This document shows positions 52,658 through 64,000 of a DNA stretch of 64,000 nt, piece after piece. This DNA comes from Ruditapes philippinarum (lineage: Eukaryota): the NCBI RefSeq assembly GCF_026571515.1, contig NW_026856698.1:310001-374000 (forward strand), written 5' to 3'. The translations under genes were made by a program, and so were the position numbers. The notes beneath the pieces were generated by a model. The model saw nothing but the letters and a program-made list of their open reading frames with translations. It was not told the DNA's origin and did not search any database. Positions within the stretch are counted from its first letter, which is position 1; every line of letters begins with the position of its first letter.

Positions 52658-55103
52658 ATGTCCTATTCAGATGATAATATTTTATAACACAGTCAAAAGA
52701 AAACGGATGTTTGAGCCCTATAGAATCGGATTTAATTTTAAGTGAGGTATTAGACATGGTAGAATCGGCTGACAATAAGCAAGAACAGAGCCCAGCCGTC
52801 GTTTGATTTGAAAAGCGACCTATTTTTTTTAGACATTTCGGACGAGGAACTTTTGAAAGCAACTCAGCTCATCGAACAAAATGAGCCATCAAGGTTTTCA
52901 GTGCCACTGAAACAAAGGGATTTAGACAACCTTGTCAAAATTGGATTGTCTAGTAAGACAGAAAAGAAATCAAAATGCGCAGTTAACATGCTTGACTTAT
53001 GGCAGAAGAACAGAAATAAAAACACAGACTCTTTTGTGCCAAACAACAATCTCATAAATATGAGTAGCGAAGTGCTGAACGAGACACTGGGGTACTTCAT
53101 AGCAGAAGTGAGGACAATATCTGGAAAAGAATATAAGCCCAACACATTAGAGATTATATTGCGACAACAAGATCTTCGACAGCAAGGTAGACTTATCAAC
53201 TTTCTAGATGATGCCGCTTTTGATGGATAAAGGCGTATTCTTGATGCAAAAATGAAGCAGCTATCCAAACAAGAGCTTGGTATGCAACAAAGAGGCGCTG
53301 CTATTATAAGTGAAGATCAGGAGAATGAACTGTGGAACAAACGAATCTGGGAACAGAAACGCAACAAATGCTTCAAGATACGTTAATTTACGCGCTGTGC
53401 TTGTATTTTGCTTTAAGAGCAGGCCAGGAACATCGTGCACTTAGAGTTGGTGAAAATGGACAAATCACAGTCAAACGGGACTTACAAAATCGCCGATATT
53501 TAGAATATCGTGAGGGTGTATCCAAAACAAACAGAGGGGGGATTTAACATCGTAAGATATAGCCCAAAATCACACGAGCATACGAAAACATAGCCAAACC
53601 CGAGAGATGCCCTGTGAATATTCAAATGTATACGAAAAATATATATTTCTCTCCGGTAAGTTATCTTATTTTTTGTATATGTCTTTCAAACGCTTTTTAT
53701 TCAGCATGTATAAATAATTGCATTCTGACTTAAAGCCAATTATGCCTCAGTAAATAGGAACTCGAGAACGGGACCGCAGATTGCGGCGCATATTTTCGAT
53801 CGTGTAACGGTTTTTAAATATGTTTCTACTACATCTAAATATCTTTAAGTATTATCCGAGTATATGGCCTCAAAAATATATTATAAATTGAACACAATCT
53901 GTTACTTTTAGAACTGGTCATATTTTATTTCATTATTAAAAAGGAGTGACATCCGCCATTTGCCGCAATCTGTATAATTATAGTTTAAACTCTAAATTTA
54001 CTATTAAACACATGTCTGTCATTTCTAAAGAATTAAAAGAATATATTGATTTCTGAGGCATACTGTGCCTTTTACTCACTGGATGAGATGAAATAACAAG
54101 AGTTTTATCTATCTTAATTTTCGCGATGAAATAATGTGAATGTGGACATGTAAAATATGTATATAAATTATCTTCTTGTGCGTAGCGGGTGGGGGATTTG
54201 AATAGGGACCTTATAATTAATTGTAGTCTTTATTTTGCCAATTCACATATATGCAAATTTCTCACTTTGCTTTTGCAGTGGACTTAGTGTCACTTTGTAA
54301 TTTATAAAGTTCTAAAATGAAAAAAAAAATCCAAAAAAATACTTCGTAAGAAATACAAAAATGAAAAAAGAAAAGAAAAAAAAAGAATTATAATATTTAT
54401 AAATAAGTTACCAGCATTTTGTGATAAAACTCAAAAACGTACCCTCCTAAGGAACAGCATTTTTTTAAAATACATAATTACCTTTCTCATGACCATTTTA
54501 TCAAGTTACATGAATTGTAATTAATTAATGATGCTACTTCTTTTAAAGACTGTCTGTTAGTAGATAATTTTGCAGAAATTACACTGTATTTTGACTGTAT
54601 GACTAGGGTAATTTAGTCGAAACGAGTAGAAATGTCATTCCCTCTAGTAATATATTCATAATGTATGTTTTGTTTGCTTACAGTCCAAGAAATTGTAAAA
54701 CAGATGCCTTATACCTGCGACCTCTTAAAGCGCCAACGGCAATATGTTGATACTGCGATTCACCCGTTGGCGTTCACGTGCTACAACAGACAGTTTGTAA
54801 CCTGTGCAAACGAGTTTCCTTCCATGGACATTATACCAACCATTCTTTGAGAGCAACAGCAGCAACACGACTTTATAAAGCTGATATTGGCGAACTGATT
54901 ATTACTGAAAAAAAGGTCATCATTCAAATGCTGTTCGCGGTTATAAACGTACAAGTGAGGATCAGTTGATGCAAGTCAGCGGTATCTTGCATGGACAATC
55001 GGACCAATCAAAAAAATCTAAGACGGAAAATTTCAGTCCAGATAGTAATTTTCAAGAACTCAATTTAACATCTGGAAGTATGTCGCTTCATCTTAAGTTT
55101 AAG
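52658..55103 (+). pseudogene. Crypton (DUF3504-type) tyrosine recombinase pseudogene with one intron (53656-54683)
   Basis: Reads MSYSDDNIFITQS..., YFIAEVRT..G.EYKPNTL, FALRAGQEH (catalytic R), SKTNRGG, ERCPV, LYLRP, YTNHSLRATAATRLY (HxxR), GHHSNAVRGYKRTS (H, Y). CG|GTAAGT donor and ttacag|T acceptor join in phase 2. Several stops and frameshifts. Confidence 0.88.
53734..54070. mobile_element. Kolobok-like MITE inside the Crypton intron
   Basis: TTAA|AGCCAATTATGCCTCAG ... CTGAGGCATACTGTGCCT|TTTA: imperfect TIR, AG..CT ends and TTAA-like flanks. Confidence 0.6.
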
Positions 55104-55729
55104 GGCAAACAAAGTTTCAGTTTGTGTATTATATTTTCAGAAAATGATTATTTTCCAGTATATATTATAAATAAGTCAAATTATTGTATCTTGATAATAA
55201 AAAGAACATATTATTGTCGTTGAGTTATGTATTGTTCGATTATTTCTTCCACTTGAAATGATATATACACATGTTCTATAACTGTCCATTTTCCCTCTCA
55301 AATAATTGATAGAAAAGTATCCAATATTAATATATTGGAAACCTATTTGATAAATATTGGATAGCTTCGTCATCTGCCAGTACAATAGGCACATTTATGT
55401 ACAGAAGCAACAAAAGATGACGTCAAAAACATGTTTTAATCTAAATTAAGCCATCTGTAAGATCTGTAAGACTGATCGCTCTGAATCATTTGTTTGTAAA
55501 AAATATTTAATATCGTGCTAATATCAATTTGCAATGGGTTAAACGCCCCAGTTTCCTATAAAACATATACGTGAGGGTACTTTTCCTACTATTTGTAATT
55601 TTTCTAAATGAAAATCTAAATGAACCTTTTCTCTGTCATCGTTATTTTCTATACTCCATATTTCGCTAGAAAATGTATGGGTATATTTTAAAAATACGAT
55701 TTTATAACAAGGGCATTACCTTTTTGCCT

Positions 55730-56400
55730 GTGTTATGACATGGTCACAAGCTTTGTTTAATTTGCAAGTCTGACTTAAAACAACACCAAAATACTTCTAT
55801 TTTTCTGTTATCTCAATTAGACGATTATGTATGTAGAATGTCAAGTTACGAGTACCGCATGTTTTTTTCGAACCGAAAACAATAACTTTGGTTTTGTCTG
55901 TATTTACTTGGACTTTCCACTATTTACAGTATGGGTAGAAATTATTTAAACATTTCTGAAAATATTGAGGGTTTCGCGCAAAAATAATGGCATCATCTGC
56001 GAAGAAAAGAGCTATGATCGTTAGAGTTTCTATGTTATCACCCGATGTGTAGTCAAATTTAATTCCAGAGTTGCTTTTTGACATCAAATAAGCTAAAAAG
56101 GTCATTTATAAACAGGGCAAATTAAAGTGGGGACACTTTTTTTTCTCTTGCTAGACCCCAAAAATGCACGACATTATGGCAGAAACATTGCTATTTAACT
56201 GGATACAAGATTCACTCTTTTATGCAAATTGTGAATACTTTTAAGGAATTTTCAGTGTCGACTAATTTTTGGAAAAGTTGCGCCCGTGGTAAATTATCAA
56301 ATAGGCCTAAATTAGGAGAAATCAATGAATGCGATATGTAACTTTTGTGGGTTTTTTTCTCTCTCAAATATTCTATGAGAAAAATCATTGTTACCACATG
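55730..56400 (-). mobile_element. Decayed LINE RT fragment (L2/CR1-type)
   Basis: LFFADDAIIFA...CLNNFYPYCK*WKVQVNTDKTKVIVF. Confidence 0.75.
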
Positions 56401-57529
56401 ACCAAGAGTGGACATATTATTTTATAAAAGGAAAGCAGTTTTAATTCCATGAATCAGGCCATTTGTTTCGACAAACCTTGTCAATCTATCAATAGCATAA
56501 AGTAATCCAGTAGCCATTTAAATGTTTACATCGCCTCTGTCAGCAATCTGTCAGTCGTAATGTTTATTATCCCAAAAACGCCAGCAATCAATGACGATTT
56601 CTTATTTTAAAAACGAAGTAATATTATCATTTCATTTCATTTATTGGCAAATAGGCATTGCAAATACCTTTGACCTTTTACACAAAAAATATATGGCCAA
56701 GACATACAGTTTTCAGGAATATTTCATTAATAACTACGTATTTAGTTTAAACATATCTTATTTCTCAGAATATATATACGTGATACAATTTACCATATAC
56801 AGAGAGCAATTAAAAATATTTTTTAAACAAAACTGGATTAGAATGAAAGACAACATGTCTTATGCAATTCTACTCCTAAGTGAGTAATTGACATATAAAA
56901 GGTGCTTAAATGATTACATATTTTATAATCCGAGACGAATATAATATAAAAAACCCAAAAATCACGAGTTTATATTAGAAAAAATGAAAACACAGAATTT
57001 GAAATGTATATTTAGAATCAATATATATTTAGAATGAATATATTATTGGATCGAATAAACATTTATGTAAATATAGACATACCAAGTAGAATAGTTTGAA
57101 AAGAACACAGAAAGTTGAAAAGGTAGTGACGAAGGAGAAAGATAATTAATGAGTTATAAAGTAAAGGAATATAATGATTAAGTGTTAGGCTGTTAAATAA
57201 AAAATTGTGAACGTGTGAAAACATTATGTCATTAGTTTGGTCAGAAAGGTCTGGGTTGCCTAAAAGTAGAACATTTAAATCAACGTCAACATTTCAAATT
57301 TCGAAGTCACTTTTCTCGAGCTGTGTCAAATTGTGTAGATTCGAAGAAAAAATGAAAGTTATTTTCTATTTGGCCGCAAAGACATAAAATAGATAAATAC
57401 AGAATAAAGACGATGCAGTTATGTTTTTCAAAAACAAATGGTAGTTTAGAGAACTACACTTTGTTCGAAGTCTTGTATGAAGAATTTGAAGTTGTTTTTT
57501 TTTCACCAGAAAAGTAATAGTTAGGCGTG

Positions 57530-58607
57530 TGCCGTATGGTTTTCTTAAAATTCTGCTTGGATGATGTGAGAGTTGGAAGGTTACGGACATCGGGTGGAAG
57601 ATTATTTCATTTCCTTATTGCAGTCGGAAAAAAGAGTAAAATAAAGTGTAGTTCTTGCATATAATTCCGGAATATTGTCAATATTTCTTAGGTTGTACCT
57701 ATCATTAGTTGTTGTTGGGAGAATTGAGAAAAGATAATCTGGAGCTAGTCCGTTTTTAATTTTAAAAAGAAAGATCATTCTATGAAATATCGTCTTTTTT
57801 CGAGAGATTCCCAGTTATTTTCATTCAAAAGATTTTCGAGTGAAACAAGTCTTGTACATCCGGAAGCAATACGAGCACATTCGTTTTGGATTTTGATAAG
57901 TTCGTCTTATTCAAAATTTGTAGCATTTCCCCATATAACATCAGCATATTCAAGTAATGGACGAATTAAAGAAGTGTAGATTGTCTCAAGTGATTTTCTA
58001 TCTAGGCGAAATTTTTGTTTTCTCATAAATTTACACTATTCCAGAGAGAAAGTGAAGAGGACCAAGAATTGAGCCTTTGGGAAAACCAGCTGAAAGATAA
58101 CCAATAGACGATTTAGAGTTAGAAAGGACATTACATTGATGTCTATATTTTAAATATTCGAGAAACCAAGTATATACCTTTCAGCATGTTTCAATTTAGT
58201 AAGCAAACCCTTTTGCCAAACCTCGAAAGTTTTTCTTACGTCAAAGAAAAAAACTCGTACTTCTAGACCGTTATCAAGGGTTTTGCAAAGAGTATCATAA
58301 ATATACACTAATTGGTTGACTGTTGAATTGCCTGGTATAAATCCTGATTGAACTGAAGTAAGAAAGTTGTTCTCCTGCAAATGGTTAAAGAGATGTTTGA
58401 ATATAAGTCTTCCAAATACTTTCTCCATGGTGTTAAGAAGTGAAATAGGACGATAGTTACTAGGTAAGGATGGATCACTTTTTTGAAAATTACAGTTACA
58501 TTAGCTTCTTTCAAAGAACTTTAGAGAGAGTAGTTATATAAGTTATATAAGGGAACAGAAAGTTCTTGAGAAGCTTCTTTAAGATTTGTATTACTGATTC
58601 CATCAGC
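57530..58607 (-). mobile_element. Decayed CR1-like LINE ORF2 fragment with internal deletions
   Basis: KEANVT, SNYRPISLLNTMEKVF, QSGFIPGNSTVNQL, GSILGP, IRPLLEYADVIW, IQNECARIASG, WESLEKRR. Confidence 0.85.
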
Positions 58608-58657
58608 TACTTATTTAATGTTTGAATAATAAATAATCACCAAATACTAGTTTTACG

Positions 58658-58853
58658 ATTATCAAATATATATGGTTGGCCTTATTGTGCCCTCAATCTA
58701 AATATGTTCGTTAAGTGCGTATCAGATGCTTCATTTCACTAATCTGTATGTTTTCCAATCTGCAGTTATTTGTATTTAGAGTAATAAGGAGTGATTTTGT
58801 CAGTAACAGTGATATTTATTACATCAATTACATGTAACAGGACCGTAAATATT
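58658..58853 (+). repeat. Module A copy 4
   Basis: 92-bp core identical to copy 2. 5'-truncated next to a CR1 remnant. Confidence 0.9.
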
Positions 58854-58874
58854 TACATTTTACTAAACATTACA

Positions 58875-58943
58875 TAATAATTTACAATAAAGTTAGTTAG
58901 TGACGTTATTGTAATAATTTACAATAAAGTTAGTTAGTGACGT
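58875..58943. repeat. Tandem duplication of AATAATTTACAATAAAGTTAGTTAGTGACGT
   Basis: Two adjacent copies. Confidence 0.85.
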
Positions 58944-59957
58944 GTTCCGGCGATTGAATCGAAATCGCTATTTAAATATTGGAGATACATTTTGTATTTG
59001 TCTTACTACCTATCAAAGCGATAATGATCTATTTAGATGGTAATGTTTCAATTCATATGTATCCATCGCCAATTGTTTTAAGTATATAATTTCGGAATAG
59101 TCAGGCTCTCAGATTAAATGCTGCCTGTGTTAGGTGGAACTCAGTCTTTTTATATTCACGGACTGCCGTGATAAATATATTATCTAGATCACGCCTCTTA
59201 TAACGGCAGGTGATTAGAATGAAAGACACAACATATAATTTTATGAATTATTCTACAAAAAATTGTTAAAATGCCTTCCTCCAGTTGTTGGTTTATACGT
59301 CGTTTGTTTTTGTAAAATATCAAAATATGTATATTGTTTTTCCTAAAAAGAGATCCTCAAAGTACATTCACATGTTAAATAGATTTTCTTTAGATGCTAA
59401 CATATTACATTACGTCACTTTTGTTTTTCATTTGTTGTCATTATTCTGCGAAACTCCTCTTTTTCTTTTGGCGCCTTTTTGTTAGGAATATTAACGAATG
59501 AAGTAAACTTTCCCGTGCGTTCTTTTAGAATATAAGGGACCCAAGTACGGAAAAAAAGTGAACAAGCAAAAGAAATGTCGATTTGTGTCGTATTCGGGGG
59601 CAGATTTTATAAGTCGTATAACAGCTATTCATAAATTATATATTAAACAGAAACGGGCTTTTCAGATGGTGATATTATTTCTTTTGGCACATATCACATC
59701 ATATTCACAAGCTTAATAGTCCACATTGGTTGATACTTTAATAAATTAATAAACATTTAAGTGAGATATGTTTCGCTATTTCTGACAAGAGGTTTACTTC
59801 AGGCACAATAGAAAACAAATATCGGTACCGTATAAATTGTATATCTAAGACGGACTTTGTCCGGGATATCTATAAATTGTCTTGAAATAATAAAAGTTTC
59901 TTTATTCATTTTTTATCATTATTTCAGGCACTGTAATAGAGATTCTTGTAAATTGAG

Positions 59958-60262
59958 TGTTCCCGTAAGAGAAATTCTATTAGGATAACTAATTGAACGA
60001 TCCCGACCATCAACAGCTCGTTTTGTCGTTAGGAATTTATCTAATTTTAGACTAATATTTGACATTAATTGTGATATATCTCGACCAGAGAATGAGCTTC
60101 TTGGCAGTTATGTATGGACTGTAGCGTTGCACATATTTATTTGAGAAGATTTATGATCATTTGTCTAGATTTGCCCTGTTCAATTACACGAACTGCAATC
60201 GAACAATACCACTCAATTGAATCAACGTTAGATGAATAATAGCTATTTTAGGCAATAGAGAA
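59958..60262 (+). repeat. Module B copy 3
   Basis: Core 60017-60141 matches copy 2 with 2 substitutions. Confidence 0.9.
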
Positions 60263-61689
60263 GATGGTGTTTCGAACCGATTAGGAATACACTCTAATCC
60301 CTTTCAAGCAAATCAATGAACGTGATAAAGGTTTAGGTAATGCATATTTTGAAATACTTCGTAAAATTAATTACAAATCAAAATTAAACTAATGAGGCAA
60401 TACATTACAATTGTATATATAAATAGCAAAATCAACTAAAAGCTGTCAGTTTGTGTTAAATACATCATTAACATACAAGACAAGTTTATTTCACAGAAAA
60501 ATGAAATATAATTATTTGTATATATAAATCGATCTGATACCAACATGTGGTTGTAGGGAAGAGGTTATATTTAAATGATAGAGGCTCCGAGATTTCAAAA
60601 ACTGTTTACAAGCTAGATTATGGATTAATTATTATTGATTATATATTACCTGATCCACGTTCTCTGGCATCGGCTTAAACATAATTCAACATTCAAATTA
60701 TGAAATTAAGAATTAAGTATCATAAGCCGATGTAAGTCGTATACTGCGGAAAAGGTTTTAGCGATTAACGTCCTTGGAAACTAAGATGATAAATACTTCA
60801 TAATCTCATAACTGGGAACTCTGTTTACATAAATAAATGAATAAATAAATAAAACTATGTAAGTTATCATACAAAAGTATCTTCAAATGCGATAAAAATT
60901 GCGAAGGTAATTAGTTGTATGAGATAACGTCCTATTTGTTAACATAGCCTGCCGCTTACTATAATCTCATGAATATGGAAAGAGGTGAGAAGGTGAAATA
61001 AATGCCTATTATAGTATGCATCTGTCTCCATGTTAACAAAATAAGGAAGATATTTATAAATATGGAATGATATTTCATTACGCCTGCAGAGAAATGAAAA
61101 GTCTCAGATGAGACATGCTCGTAATTGGAAAAATTGGAAAATACGGCAAATATTTTCAGGACACACGTGTGTCTAATATCAATGTGGTGAATCGGTCAAG
61201 GGAACATTCTTCTTTGAAGTTAAGAATACATGAGAATGATCAAGCTTTGCATAGAAAATTGTTTAACAGTACATGTATCTACAAATACCGGTTCATTTAA
61301 AATATATTGATACAAGCGAGGTTTTACGCACGCGTAAAAAGGCTGCGCAGGAATGGTCAGCTGTGCAGTGCATACTTTAAAAAGAACCCAAAAAATTGCT
61401 ATGTAGACGAGTTGTTGAAATTAAAGCATAACGACAAGAAAATTTCATTTCGCCATACTAGTAGTACTCGTTTTATACTGTGACATGACGGGAACCCTTT
61501 GGTCAATGTCGTATTGTGCCAGGAATCCGACACCATGTAAACAGAGCTGACACTTTGACAATATTAATTTTATCCCAATTAAACAATATCTTAACTTTTA
61601 ATAAGCAAGTGACAAACAATAAAACTCAAATTTGAGCATAAACATAGTATACATGTATAAGTCATTAAAGGGATTATCTAATTTTTAGA

Positions 61690-62830
61690 TTTTTCTGATT
61701 TTTCAAACACGAGCAGAACAATTCATAGCATATGTTACAGGAACAAACCACATCATTTAGAAGTTCTGGATCCGCAACAGACGGAGACATGGTAATAGGT
61801 TCCTGTACTCCATCTTCAGTTTTTTTTTGTATCTAAACTGCAAAGACGGTGGCAAATGCTCTACGCCTATTGTTGCATTTCGCCATATATACAGCTTTCT
61901 ACACATCGCAGACAATGCAAAGCAAAACTGTTTTCAGTACGAGGCAAATATCAAGGAGATACAGACTTCAATGCCTTAGAACATCGAAAGGCATTCTATG
62001 ATGTACATTCAGTGCTACCGTTGAAGAGACCAGCAACAAAGCATGCACAATCCTGATTTTGCGATGATGCGAGAAAGACTTTTCTCTCGTGTCTTTTAAA
62101 ATTTGATATGTGTATGCATTTAAATCCTTCTTTTCTTTCCTTTTACATAAAATGAACTTGTTTTATAACATCCCGATAAAAAGGAATCTGATAAGATAAT
62201 GTTATGCTGCTCTTGAGTTAACATATTGTATAAGTGGTAAACAGATATACCATTGCATATAACAATAACGTGTCTACATTTCTAATACCAGTTGTCTGGT
62301 CTTGAAGCAGGTTTCCAAGCACCTTCATGAAATCGGACCTTTTACATTTGAGCATTGACCCATCTTCAGAGAACATACTTGTTGGAACCGTTGTGTTTTC
62401 ATATGCAAATACCCGTTGGTTTTAAAAGTTGACAGCTAGTAGTCGCTGAAACGTAACTTCAATGGATATTGTTTTTAAACGCTGTTAAGTTTTAGTTCTT
62501 TTCTTAGGCTTTTTCTTTATGAGGATCTTATTTCTTGTCATTGGACTATAGAAGCTTTTCGAATCTGGGTCAGTCCAATCGGGTTTTACAATTTATCCTC
62601 CGAAATAATTTGTTCATGAGTTTTGCACATTAATCAAAGTAATCTAACATGCTTTTCTCCGTTTCTTCTGTAGCTTGGATGCAGGTTGCAACATTGATTA
62701 GTCTTTGTAGTGTTTTTCTTGTATTAAACTGGTCTAATAAATTAGCATCGAATGACGTAACCATTTTTGCTACGTTTTTGTTGTACAAACTGCCTTCTGA
62801 AAACGTGTTTCATCGTCAAACATTCTTTTA
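61690..62830 (-). mobile_element. Decayed Academ-like DNA transposon coding remnant
   Basis: Across frameshifts: LINVATCIQATEETEKSML, FAYENTTVPTSMFSEDGSMLKCKRSDF, LPRTENSFALHCLR and a Cys-rich PELLNDVVCSCNICYELFCSC. Order and motifs resemble the AcademX transposase/XPG/Cys-finger protein (recalled, not searched). Confidence 0.55.
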
Positions 62831-63499
62831 CTTGAATAAACACTTTGTTTAAACATAAATGTTTGGTACAATTGTCTGAAAAATTGCACTCTTGAAAAAT
62901 TGCATTTGAAACTAGTTTCTCTAAAAAAATGTTATTAATCAGATTTCAAAAAAAAAAAAAAAAAAAATTATGGATAACTTTGAATGAACAGCTTAGCCGG
63001 TTAAACCTTCTCAGCCACATGTGTTAACTCTGTTAACTCGCAGAAAAAAAAAACACCTGTGTCAAAGCTTCTATTGGCTGACATTGATTATCTAGGCAAC
63101 GGTCCATGAGACACAGTAATGCTTTGAGTTTGAATAATATTTTTAGCTGCCGAAGATAGGAACATACGAAGTTCGGAGTAATAAATTTTATGACTAAGAT
63201 TGGACATTTCTTTAACTAAATGCCGACTACCAAACTCATTTTACAAACGAACTGAGAGTCAAGTGTTTTTTGGGAATTGATGGTTAAAACAAGACTTTTA
63301 TTATCAGAATCAGATGCGATTGATATATCTTCGGTTTCAAAGCTACCGCAGCTGGACACCCAGAAGGTACCAAATCAAAATGTGTGAAATATATATTTTA
63401 AAAACTAAAACGGCCCTATATGAGAATAAAAGGGACAAGGGCGACCGGGTGGGGGGGGGGGGTTTGTCAGTTTCATCTTCTATATTTCTATGCTCTAAT

Positions 63500-63900
63500 T
63501 CATCATATCTCCTTATGGCTGCATCAACAGAATTTTTACCATAGCAAACGAGATCCTGTGAACGTTGCCTTTGCGTTGTTGATATTTATTCCCCTTTTTT
63601 TTGGCAATTGTATTGAATCTATTCCTGAGTTCAAAAGTTTACCATCCTTCCTTTGTTTCATTAAAGAGCATTTAAATTCCTGTTTTAATTTTAATGCTGC
63701 TGCCATGTATTTAAATTAGTTAGGTTTGTCCTCAGATCTTGTTCGTCTTATTTCCATAAGACTTTGTGAGCCATCCTTTTTCTCTATTTTTCTCTATTAC
63801 TCTAGACAGTATTTTTATTAAGACATAATTCGCCAATTGCTTCAGCTATGTTTTAGAACCTTAGTGTAAATACTATTATCAATAGTGCCTATAGCTGATT
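63500..63900 (-). mobile_element. Highly decayed RTE-like LINE fragment
   Basis: SLMEIRRTRS...AALKLK and FELRNRF resemble the RTE endonuclease-end and linker region. Confidence 0.3.
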
Positions 63901-64000
63901 CCACAATAAACCAGTTCTTATCTAGCCTCTGACTATTAAAAAATATGATAAACAAGGAAATGCAACCCCACACGATCCAGCAACAAGAGCCAGTGGCAAG

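Noticed and set aside
52658-55103. Domesticated ZMYM/KCTD1/QRICH1-like host gene
   Set aside because: Multiple in-frame stops not at homopolymers, catalytic residues retained and no MYM or BTB domain, so it is better explained as a dead Crypton.

Overview
AT-rich, intron-containing eukaryotic genomic DNA from an invertebrate. A bivalve mollusc is likely, but this is inferred only from the repeat types. There is an N-gap at 9480-9759 and several homopolymer-noisy tracts, which suggest an imperfectly polished long-read assembly. Two host genes can be reconstructed. (1) A minus-strand 5-exon gene (9055->188) encodes a ~342-aa protein with two transmembrane helices, an R/D/G/P-rich tail and a C-terminal ESDL PDZ-type motif; it needs one extra base in a G4 run. 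(2) A plus-strand PRDM8-like PR/SET + C2H2 zinc-finger gene (23498?-29457) has a first exon that joins in frame only via a candidate 16-nt micro-exon. The rest is mostly mobile DNA: a ~1.35-kb hAT-type foldback element, MITEs, tRNA-derived SINEs, a triple nest (TTAA-ended MITE > mariner > IS3EU-like palindrome-of-palindromes), L2/CR1/RTE LINE remnants, an intron-containing Crypton tyrosine-recombinase pseudogene and an Academ-like remnant. The most intriguing unexplained signal is a set of non-coding modules (A, B, C) repeated 2-4 times between 33.7 and 60.3 kb. In the duplicated A-B cassette the 92-bp and 125-bp cores are 100% and ~98% identical, while the spacers show little similarity by eye.
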